From positions 1 through 54,952 of the forward strand of contig NMRA01000820.1 of assembly GCA_002633005.1 (NCBI GenBank): a stretch of DNA of 54,952 bases, in the 5' to 3' direction. Of the stretch, positions 13,901 to 24,600 are shown piece after piece. Below the pieces are notes generated by a model. It had not been told where the DNA came from. It searched no databases and saw only the letters and a program-made list of their open reading frames with translations. The translations under genes were made by a program, and so were the position numbers. This stretch comes from Phoronis australis. Lineage: Eukaryota; Animalia; Phoronida. Numbering within the stretch: position 1 is the stretch's first letter; the number at the start of each line of letters is the position of its first letter.

Positions 13901-16900
13901 CTCAGTGGGAGTGGTCATGAACTGTACGCTGATTTCCCTCAGTCATCGGCAACGTCTCCCCATTTAGTTTGGTCGGTTGTTAGATAAGTTTTTATGAAAT
14001 GGCATCGAATCAAAGAGGGTCCCGTATTAATATAAAATGACAGAGAAACATAACGTTTGTGAGTAAACAAAGACACAAGCATGCAGAAGATTTATGAAGC
14101 CTAGTCGAGTCCATGTTTGGGACTATTTTGCAACTGACTACTACTACTGGTCTGTAAATTCAAATTCCAGAATCCGGACCCTGGTTCAGGCTATGAGCAG
14201 TAAGAAAACCATACTTACCAGAACGTAAACCGTACAGAAAGATGTAAACGACGCATGGCTGGATGGGAAAGAGGACCTTGAATACAAAAGAGAAAACAAA
14301 AGACATTAGTCACGTATAATACGTGAGCTGTCTTGCATTCTGCAAGTGGTTTGGAAAAAAGTACTAAAACCAAGGGCCTAGTTCTTAAATCTTGTCTATA
14401 GTTTGAAAGGACCAGGCTAATAAAAGAAAAGCTTCGATTAAGAAAACCGACAACTTTAAACATCCAAAATGCAGACAAAATGTTGTTGGCTCGAAGATCA
14501 TGTTACATAGTTACAGGAACTGGAGTATGACTTTCATTGAAGACCCATCTCCCTTTCCGTAACACTAGGGCTTCGCTAAAAAACAAGACTTTGCGAGATT
14601 ACGCGAGATATTACCGTGTATTTTAAATGAGAACAGGTTACTTTGGCTAGATTTTAGCTAGGATCTAGCGTAGGTCCTAGCGCTACTGAACGCATGCCCG
14701 GCGTTTACTTGAGTAATCCGCGGCTTTTATTGGAGTCCACCTTCTGTTAGGAACCTGGCTTCTCTTGGAAGCTTTTACTCTATGCTTGGCGCTTAAAATG
14801 TACAATAGAAGAATTGAAAAGTACCTTCATGTCTCATTGTCTTTGAAATGATCTTCAGCCTTTGCGAGGGTATGTGTGAAAAACGGAACGTGTTCAATTC
14901 ACGCAGCATACTTGAACTCGTACACTACAGTTAATTTCGAAAGAAAAAACTATCAAGAATACCGGTACCGGTAACTGTAATTTGTCACCACCTGTTATTT
15001 ACATGCTCTTAATACAGAAGCAAATCGTGCATCGATTTGGCTCGTCTCCAATGGATTTTCATGCTTGAAAATTGAGCAATTAAAAACACCACACCACAGA
15101 CTCTATTGTCAGACCTGGGCCATCTATGCAGGTCCGGCAACACTCACATCGCGTTGTACAGCACGCCTTCGTCCGCCCCACTTGTACACGTGAAATTTTC
15201 CACGAACTTGTCGCAGTTCAACTCTGAGAAATTTGGTTTGCACACTTCGAAAAAGTTGGGCCGAAGACGGCCGACCATAATTTTTGTCGCCTGGCTTGAG
15301 TTCTGTAGAAGAGATGCCCCGACCATGAACGTGGCAATGTCCTTAAAACACACCCAAACACCTGGGTGTATGCGACAACAGCACAACTCGTAGTCTCGGA
15401 GAAACTCGCTTCGGCTGCTTCGCGACACGCTTAGAATTATGTCGGTGAGTAAAATCTGGAATAAAAAGTTTAGAAAAACTGCGATGAATTTGTTCAAACA
15501 CCTGTAGGAAATAAACACACGAAATGTGTGTTGTGTAGAAAGATGTTACAACAAACTGCGTTGTCCAGATAATGAATGCAAGCTGCGCATTTCCTGTATT
15601 AAACAAAATTATTTAATACGATAAAGTCGATGATGTTGGTGCTTTTGTTACTCCTTCTGCTAATGACGATACCGCATCGGCTAATTATACAAATGACGAA
15701 AATGACCAGAACCATAACCATAGTGATGATGAGATAAAGCTGCTGATGGTGGTGGTGGTGATGATGGAGACCGGAAATGATGGCGGCGAGAGATACTTTA
15801 ACGTTGACGATGTTGAAGAAAAAATGGCTTATGCAAACATGATGATATTTGTAATGACCATCATGACGATAACGGGAATGACTGATTCATCAATAACGGA
15901 ATGTTTAACATGACATCATTTTGACGTCATCATGACGTTTTGGACCCAATGTGACGGCATGTCTATTCTTAATTCCGGGTCCAAAATGCGTCATCTATTA
16001 CCATGACACGCTATCACTAAACAGCTGAATAGTTATATGCCATATACGTACACAGAGAAGTCGTACTTACAACAACATAGACAATAGCTATTGAGATCAC
16101 CGACATAGCAGCCATTGATACGGTATCTTCCTTCAAAGGATACATGAGGTTCTGATCGTTGCAGAAAAACCCAGATGGGTATGGCTTCGGCTCAATAAAC
16201 ATGTAAACGTAGGGTATTTGCACTGAAATAAAGCAAGTGAAGGCATCCAGATTGGCTAGTTATTCCGTCGATTTTGGCCTCATTCTGCAGTTTATAACAT
16301 AGTCAGTATTCAGGCCCCCCAAAAAATTTTCAGGCAACCAACATACGCGTGGGGCGGGGACAGTCGAGAAAAGAAAGACTGCTAAATGCGGATAACAGAG
16401 AAAATTCCAGAGAACATTTAACAACTCTGTATCAGTGCATGGTTTACCTTTTCAGGACCCTGTCCAGGACATTGTTTTTGGGGTCTCCGCTTTCGCAGCA
16501 CAGGTCGTCTAAACGCACTTGAAAATGTGCACGTAATGATTCCTGCATATATTTCGAAAAATGGAAAAAATTTATAAAGCGAAGTTCTTGCGGAGCGTAT
16601 TAATTTATTGGATTTTTTAAAAAATTCAATAAGTCAATTTTGCGACTACAAAACCACATTTTTCTAAACAAACAAAATCTAACTCATTGGAGATCAAATT
16701 GGAAAGGTTAAAGGTTCTCTTTGCACTTCCTTGATGTTTTAGTTTCCAGTAGCTTTGGCAATAAATTTTTGTTCTTCAAAAATGTATCGTTTGCTTGCAT
16801 TTCCCGTGCATGCTACACATACGGCATGCGCGCACCCAGCCTAAAATATAGTGGCTCGATTTTTTTAGGATGAGGACCTTTTACTAAAGTATAAACGGAA

Positions 16901-17760
16901 TACGGGGTTCGTTCAGGGCTATGAATTGTGCATACGCCAAATTCCTGCCTTGGTGGACTTTTGTCTCGTTTTTCTTGGGCTTTTTGTTTCTTTGAGGCGG
17001 GCCTTTTTGCCCACTTTTCCATATAGGGGGAGGGTGGTTCGAGCCCCCTCCTGGGTGCGCGCATACGTGGCACACCCAAGTTAAAAATTAGGGGTAACCA
17101 TGCAGTAGGTCTGCGTAGAACCTTAGTTACCCACGGAAACTGAATTTGAAATCCAGACGTTGAAGTGTGCACATTTGTGGGAAACACACTGTATCGTTTC
17201 CCCCGGCTGTGTTTCTTCTAGGGATTCTGAAAGAGCCACAAAGGCTCTCATACCAGGTACCTCGGGACCTCACCTTTCCAGAAAATTACTTCAAAAAATG
17301 GCCATAATAAAATGAAGTTTTCCCCGAAACTGGATCATCGTAAAACAAACCTTGACCTTCAACACAGATCGAGCAGAGGAGTATGTACGAATCCATTATT
17401 AGATCCCAACTTTATAGTTACTTCAGGAAGCCCCCAGCTACCCGTCAGTGCGCTGGCCCTAGACCCATTCTTACTGTCCGTGAAACTTAGTTGGTTCACG
17501 GTTACTCAAATCCTGATGGCTGCATCCCCGGTATTGGACGTGGGGGGGGGGTGTTCGGTACAAATATGGTGACATCCAGGGAAAGGGGTGGTGATAGGAA
17601 GGGGGTAGGTTGGTGAAGTCGGCAAATTGGTTTGTGCCCCCCAATGATTTTTCTTCCTACGGGCCTGCTATCTCATGAAGGCTGTGCCTGGAATAAGATA
17701 CTTACAGAGAAGAAAGCAGAGAATATCGATGAAAAACCTTCGCGTTGGATGTTCATCCAT
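10932..17760 (-). CDS. PLPP: Phospholipid phosphatase / lipid phosphate phosphatase (PAP2, PLPP1-3/wunen-like), 300 aa; exons 17760-17706, 16222-16071, 15455-15148, 14276-14219, 12832-12656, 11084-10932
   Basis: MDEHPTRRFFIDILCFLL start; GFFCNDQNLMYP; C1 KIMVGRLRPNF; C2 SFPSSHA; C3 TRLSDNVHFLSD; last exon AFWVSDMF...FGKV*. Hydrophobic TM segments are present. All junctions are GT-AG with consistent phases; total 903 nt. Confidence 0.9.
11255..12260 (+). mobile_element. Degenerate Penelope-like retroelement (RT C-terminus + GIY-YIG endonuclease) with inverted pseudo-LTRs, in the last PLPP intron
   Basis: Fragments PFLDV, LQKTGYP, FKIPYV, CASCYIGETLRILETRTREH, FAIIDQ and HEALHI are interrupted by stops and frameshifts. 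Segment 11275-11405 is the reverse complement of about 12080-12225. Confidence 0.8.
14553..14692. mobile_element. Short MITE (family B, copy 1)
   Basis: Homologous to 20649-20766 (shared gatatt-ccgtgtattttaaa-gagaaca...tttggctagattttagctagg); degenerate TIRs. Confidence 0.6.
15625..15895. repeat. Degenerate (GAT/GGT)n low-complexity tract in PLPP intron 2
   Basis: Runs of gatgat, ggtggtggt and gacgat. Confidence 0.6.
16825..17064 (-). mobile_element. MITE (family A, copy 2) in PLPP intron 1
   Basis: Perfect TIRs atgcgcgcacccag / ctgggtgcgcgcat; the internal sequence is homologous (reverse) to 493-762. Confidence 0.75.
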
Positions 17761-18879
17761 GTTAGTGTGCACAAGTGTCACAGACAGTGTGCTTTGATCA
17801 GTGGCCTCGTTAATTTCGATGGACTCTCTGTTATCAGTGCCAAGCCGAGAGTTTCAGAATCGGATGAAAAGATGGACTTTGAGTTCGATAAGGCTGGCTA
17901 ACTTTTCATTTTCTAATACAACGTTGCCGTTGCGATAATGAAGGCTACACAGACCTATATATCTAAAGCTTCTCAGGTCTCCACCTTGCTTCAGTTTGAC
18001 CAATGTATTAACCAGGATTTTGCCAGGGGTTAGACATTCGCACCCCTAAGCTGCCATATGAAATCTGAGAGAATTTTAGGGAGTCCATCCCCCCCTTAAA
18101 TCCGCCACTGGATAATTAGATTATAGTAGACCTACGCAATTGCTAATGAAATCAGGCACATAGTATTCATGTCTCATTGATTTCGGGAAGGCGAATTATT
18201 ATTTGGATCACGCATTCACGGATATTTGTCCAGTTTGTCAAACTTTTTCACGTCGGAGTTGCAGCCAACAGTACAGCAGTAATACTTCGTTGGCATTTGA
18301 AGAACGAATGGATTGATGCAACCTAGAAAAACTTAATGTAAAAAATCAGTCCGCAACAAACAACATGTGAAACTCCACTGAGGCACGAAAACAAGGTAGC
18401 AAATGTGCCCGACGGATGTTTACGGCATTGTAGATAATAGGAAGCGAGATTCGAGTTTCGTTGTGTAATCCGGCAGAGAACTATTTCACTGGTCATCACC
18501 TAATTCTCTCCTCCGCAGCTGCACCCGGTCACCGCACCCCTAAATTTCTTTGCGACTAACATTGAGACTAAGGAGTTCACACGATTTTGGTATAAAAAAA
18601 GTCTTGTTATCTGTAAGTCCTCTTATTTCTTTACTACAATTATTTACTTTATTGCTTTGGAAAGTTTCATGATTGTCGGCAGTGATCCATATGACTGAGC
18701 CTGTCATTTCATTAAAAAAAGACAGGCCATGCTTCTGTCCCCAACACAGGTTCCGCCTTCTATCACTGCAATTTTTGCAAAAATATCACTGTTTGACTTT
18801 ATCGCTGTCATGAGTGCCAGACTTTATCTCAATCATAACAGGGCGTGTTTATTTTCTTATTCTTTGCTTATTATTTAAA

Positions 18880-19010
18880 TATTATCTTCCATTTTGTAAT
18901 TCTGTTTTTGTCTTACTATCTGTTTGTTTTTACTGAGGGCCCCCATGGAAAGTAGTGTGAACTGATGGGGCTACCCTCATTGTAAATATTACATTAATAA
19001 ATAATTAAAT
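18880..19010 (+). mobile_element. Non-LTR retrotransposon 3'-tail remnant with stem-loop and A-rich tail (copy 1)
   Basis: T-rich stretch, then a GAGGG...CCCTC stem-loop, then taaatattac and AATAAA; homologous to 21100-21218. Confidence 0.5.
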
Positions 19011-20074
19011 AATTCACATGACAAAAACTTTTTGTCTGCTGTAGCACGTGCACGCGTCTCCAAAGATGTTGCAAACATCCGTACTATTGATAAGAACTGC
19101 AATTGTGGCTAACGATTCCACTTGTGACAGATATCAATGCTGATTCTTGTTGCGCAATATCACATGAGAAAAAATAGCCAATTACATTTCAGGTGACAAC
19201 TTTCTTTCTTTGTCCGTAAACGGCTTCCATGCTTACGCTGGGAATTTTCGCGGCCTTTTTTACTAAATGGGAAACTTTCACAGCTTTTCTCTATTAAATG
19301 AGCAATTTTTGCAACGTCGAGGGAATTTTGAGTAGTTATCTATACCATCACTGTAGGCTAATGTGGCTAGCACTAGCTCCCATGCATTTGTCTACAATCA
19401 AGAAATTTACTTCATTGGGCAGTTTAACAGGCAAAGGTTAGTTGCCCAATTTAGGTGTCCGTTCACGAGTCCACCATTATACGAAATGCGGGGAAATTTG
19501 CGTAAAAGTTACACACTAGATGTCGCAAATGCTTGCTTATCTCAAGATCACGTGCGTGAACTTATTATTATTTCAAGTTCACTCAAAAATCCAAGTTCAC
19601 GAACAACAGATATATGCGTGATATGCCAAGCGACCAGCAGTGGCGCTGTGCACAACCACTCTGTTTCCGTCGTCTGCTCCAGGGTGGAATGAAGAAAATT
19701 AGGCCTACTTCAGTTTTTGAAAGAAAACATAAGCAAAGTGATGAGGAAGAAACAGAAGATGCTGGTAAGTTGTAAATTTTAATTGAAGCCTTAGGCTTAG
19801 TGACTCACTCAGAAACTCATAATTCTCTCTTGTCAAACATTAAATTTAAGACTGGTTTACAAAGCAATCGCGTGGTTAATGGCAATGCCAACCCGAAATA
19901 TGTATTTGTTTCAGTTGGCAACTTAAGTCGGCTTTAAACTCTGCAACTTTTGCAGCGAACTGGTTGCAGAAAATATAAAGCGTGTATTAGATATTATGAA
20001 AAGAAGCAGGTTTGCGCGCAAAGGCTATGGACCGTGGCGTGAACAAGTTGGTCTCATAGCATGGTTTTAAATTT

Positions 20075-20165
20075 GGAAGCGTGGTGGCTAAGCGCAGTGG
20101 AAGAGCACGAGCGCTCTGACTAATAATAGTATACTACTATAGGTCGTGAGTTCGAGTCCGTTTTT
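20075..20165 (+). mobile_element. tRNA-like SINE head or tRNA pseudogene
   Basis: GTGGCTAAGCGCAGTGG A-box-like and GAGTTCGAGTCC B box followed by a T-run; stems do not close into a tRNA. Confidence 0.45.
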
Positions 20166-20648
20166 TCTTTGATAATACTTCAAAAATCAAGGAAAATGTT
20201 TGTTTTCAGAGAGAAAAACAAAATTTTCCCCTAGGCGGGGACCCCTCTCCCGACCTCCCCCCATTCGGCGTTATGCCTATACATACATCTCATTGATTGA
20301 TACCAGTACGGAATTTGTTGATTCATGATTTAGGCCTATAGAATTTAATTTTACACTCTCAATGTTTATGACAGACAAAAGCATGTATCCGTTAAAAACT
20401 ATGATAAAGGTGATCAAGCTTTCTACCTTGTTATCAGCTTGAAAAAAGAATTTACCTTGTTCAGTTAGTGATTGCAGAAAGTAACTGGTTTTGAAACCGC
20501 CCCAACCTTGTGGGAAATTAAAGTTAACCCATCAATACTTAGAGGAAATCTATGGTTAAAACTTTTCTTCAGATCTATCCCATCCATGCGTCAACTATTT
20601 TTTCATGGTGTAACGATTTTGAGAGGAAACACAGGGGTACCTTCTTCC

Positions 20649-20766
20649 CGTTCAGTAACGCTAGGACCTCTCTAAAAAGCAAAACTTCGCAAGATATTGC
20701 CGTGTATTTTAAACGAGAACACGTGACTTTGGCTAGATTTTAGCTAGGTCCCAGCGTTACTGAACG
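20649..20766. mobile_element. Short MITE (family B, copy 2), 118 bp
   Basis: TIRs cgttcagtaacgctagga / tcccagcgttactgaacg. Confidence 0.7.
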
Positions 20767-21099
20767 TACACATGGTTCCACCCAATGAGCGAAAGCGGCA
20801 TTTGATTATCACTGGTTACGTTAAGTACACTTGAATAAAATACTATGTGTTAATGTTGTGAGGAAAGTTTTGTATCTAATAGTCAAATGCATCATAGAGG
20901 TTTTCTTCCGTTATGCACCTCGAAAAATGAAAGTCACATTTGTAGAGCAGACCCTTAATTTCAGTCGAAAAGTGTACAATTACCAATTGAAGGATATAAT
21001 TTTGAGACAATTTTCAACCTTCAATTCAATTGAAAAGTGTAATGTTACAACTTGAAAAAGATCCGTGAACCTTTACAGAATATAGCATTAATTGTTGTT

Positions 21100-21218
21100 T
21101 TGTTACTTTATTGTATTATATTACTGTTTTATATTTTGTTGTTGAGGGCCTTCTTGGAAAGCAGTGCTATCACTGAAGAGGCCAGCCTCATTTTAAATAT
21201 CACAATAAAAATAAAAAA
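21100..21218 (+). mobile_element. Non-LTR retrotransposon 3'-tail remnant with stem-loop and A-rich tail (copy 2)
   Basis: gagggccttcttggaaagcagtgctatcactgaagaggccagcctc followed by aaatatcacaataaaaataaa. Confidence 0.5.
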
Positions 21219-21257
21219 GGTGGTTAAAAGAAGACAGTACTTTGCAATGATTTTTAC

Positions 21258-21263
21258 TTTATT
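21258..21263 (-). terminator. Putative polyadenylation signal (AATAAA) of the apolipophorin gene
   Basis: Minus-strand AATAAA about 390 nt downstream of the stop, after a U-rich 3' UTR. Confidence 0.55.
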
Positions 21264-21654
21264 AATATGAAACATCTTTATAACCATTTTGCATTGTTTT
21301 ACGTTTGATCACAACTGGCAGAGACTAAGTCAACACAAACACAATTCCTACATCCGGGATGGAAACATTAAATTCGGTGGTAAAAATGTGCTACGCAAAG
21401 ATAGTAACAAAACTAACCAACCTATGTGTGCTCCGCTACATCAAACTAACATGGAAAATCATAGAATCTGGACAACACAACACAAACTTTGAAGAAACAA
21501 TCTAGTTCCGGTGATAGAATCTAAGACAACCGCATTGTACTATTGCATATCTTGGACATATCAAATTGAACACAATTAAATCAAAGGTTTTCAGTGAAAA
21601 AAGATTATCCTACAAACATCTGTTTACGGTCAGTGCAGAAATAAAGCCAGACGT

Positions 21655-24600
21655 CTAAGCCCTTGACTTCCTCGACTTCTTCTCCAGTTTGGCGTCCTAA
21701 AATAAGAGATGAGGAAAAGATAATACATGGGGAGTTCATACTAGATGTACTAATTTAAAGCGCCGTCCACACACAGACTTACCCCAGATTTAGTTACTCC
21801 TAGGTTTGGAAACTGTGTGAACTCTATTTAAACTACTTCAACTAATCCCATTTGTGACAAATTACTCCACCTTACCGAGGTAGGGTAACTTGTTCTAGCA
21901 TAACTTGCGTCACTTCTAATAGCTGTGTAGCCACAAACCTTGGGCAAGGCGGAAGTAATTATCAGCTGGGGTTGCATACAGACGAGTTTTCATTTGGGCA
22001 CCATACACAGATTAGGTGTTCATTGTGACGCACAGAGCGACAACTTCGGCCCTAGTTTTCTGATATGTGTGTGTGTGAATGCACCACTTAAAGCGTCGCA
22101 CTAGTGCAAGTTGTTCTTGCGGGGTAGGCTGTTTGTGGACAAGGCCTAATAGTGGTTACTTTTGATACCAATGTTGCTTCAGTCACGTGAACACTGTCTG
22201 AGAATAGCGTGAAATGCCTCCGGCATCAACACGATTAAATCCAAATTTTTTCTCAGAAGCCACCACAGTAGTAGGGTAATTCTGAACTTACAAAGCACAC
22301 AATATGGCTGTCAAATGTGATTCTATTTTGTAGATATTTTCCAAAAAAATCAAGACAAAAAACTTGTCTGGCATGGTTTGTATTGTAAAGAGGTCGAAAA
22401 CAGCATTTTATAAAGATTTGATTGTTTGCAGCAAGCTTATGGAAACTGAACAAATGATAATATTAGCGATTGTTTTTTGTGTGAAATAAGTGGAGAATTC
22501 CTGTTACATACAGTATATTTAAAATATAACACATTGGATCAGGATTACATGGAAAATGGTCGAAACAGCATTTTTAATGTCTTATAAATCATCGCAATAA
22601 TTTGGTTAGATATTTAAATCACATAAGTCGTTGGAACAATTGGTATTAAGTGACATTCATTGGTAAGATATCATATCTGATATGTCAACTTTTACTTACT
22701 GAAACTGAACTCGCACGGGGCTTAGGTATGCTCTCATCTCCACTTTCTTCAATTTTGCTCTTCATGATTTTCTAAAGAATTATAGAGAATGACATAAAAA
22801 CAACAGATAAACTGTATGAACTATTTCAGCAAACACAAATAACAAAAATGATGGAACACACTAACAGAAGACATTGAGGTTCATAACTTGAGAAGTAAAA
22901 GTAGTCCATAAAGTGGCAAACTCTGGAAAGAAGTGTTGTGTATGGTTCAAACGTCCTTTTGGCAACTGTTTGGTCAAATGCTCAGAATCAGGCTTTTGGA
23001 CAATCTTCAAGAGCATAAGTCACACACTAAACCATGCACACATGAAGCATATCTTACAAACACTTGACAAGTAAACTATTCTTTCTTTCAAAAGTTAGCT
23101 GAAGACGAATGCCATTCACTTACAGAGAAATAGTCCGTGAAGCTGGGCATCTCGCAACTGCGGCAGATGGACTTTCCAACTCCGAGCTCATCGGCAACAC
23201 ACTGACAGATCTGGCATTCAGCGGGTTTGGCTGTGAGGGCGACGCGCTTGGCAAAGACGGAAATCATCTTCTTTAGGATGTTGGTGCGTGAATTGGTGAT
23301 CACCTTGAGGTTGAACACAGAGCCGTTGGTCTCATGAGCCAGTGCCACACACAGGTCCTTAGGCACACTTATGTGCTTACGGAGGCTGGACTCGCCGCTA
23401 AACTTCTTGTAGTCCTTGTTGGTGTAGACTTTGTTGGCATCAATACCTGCAATATAGAAAGAGTAAAAATATAAATAACATAACACAGGTTTAACAAGAA
23501 GCAAGAATCGAGTGAGGCCAAATGAACTTCATAGTAAGGTTTCCAACTACCTGTCATGGTTTGCCTTGAAATATAACACAATATTTTTTGTTGCTTAAAT
23601 AATCAGGAGATGTGCTTTATAGTTGACAAATGGAGCCAAAATGGCAAGACATTGGCCAACAACAAAGTGCTTATTTCAAAGTTTCTCAAGTGTGAAACTG
23701 ACCATAGTTGTTGTAGCTCTTCTTGCCCTTGATGGTGAAGTCGTTCTCAGCGATCACGTGCAGTTGGATGAGGTTCTCAATGAGCAGCTGTTGGATCTCA
23801 CTGTAGCTGATAGAGGCCTCCTCACAGGCAGAGCACGGCAATGTCACGATTGCCTTGGCGACACCAGCACGGAATGGGTACATGCTGGCCATGCGGATGG
23901 CGCGGATCACGTCATTGTTGGAGCCACTGCTGCCGATCTCCAATGTTTTGACACCCATCGTGAACAGACGGAATGTGTTGAACAGCTGACCGTCCATGGT
24001 GTGACTGTGTTCAAAGTCGTGCACTCCCTCACCACCGAAGCCAACCAGACCAAAATGATTGTTCTTCATGCCTGCAAAAAGGTCACACTTTGTTACTGGA
24101 TATGATCATTAGATCTTTCAAGGAAGAAAAAAACATATTTGACTTTGCCGTCTTAATATTATTGTCAATAAAACTCCTAATGGTTTTTGAATAAGCATGG
24201 TGTCATGTATCAGTTTCTAATGGGAGCCTAGTCAGTTTAAAATAAAAGCTGTGTTGAGGTTCAAAAATAATTAGTCACATTCAGAATGGCAACAACAACA
24301 ATCTCCAATGACACAACAAATAAAACCCACCTTGCTTCCTCAGCGAAACCTCAATGTTCTTGACGATGTCCTGCAGTCTCTTGATGGTCTTTTTGTTACA
24401 AGACTTCTGTTCAATGACAAGAACAACATCGGCCGACTTGGGTGGCTTGATGGCATCCTTGGAGATGGTGAAGTCTTCACCCTCGATTACAAACTTCTTC
24501 TTCTTGTCACCAGTCTCACACTTGATGCAGTGGCGTGGCTGACGGACATTCACATCATATACTGAACACTCCTTGATGTAGTTAGCGGCAACATTGCATG

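Noticed and set aside
16223-16285. In-frame upstream extension of PLPP exon 2 (ATG...TAA...LDAFTCFISV) as an alternative start
   Set aside because: Interrupted by TAA, and a convincing spliced exon 1 exists at 17760-17706.
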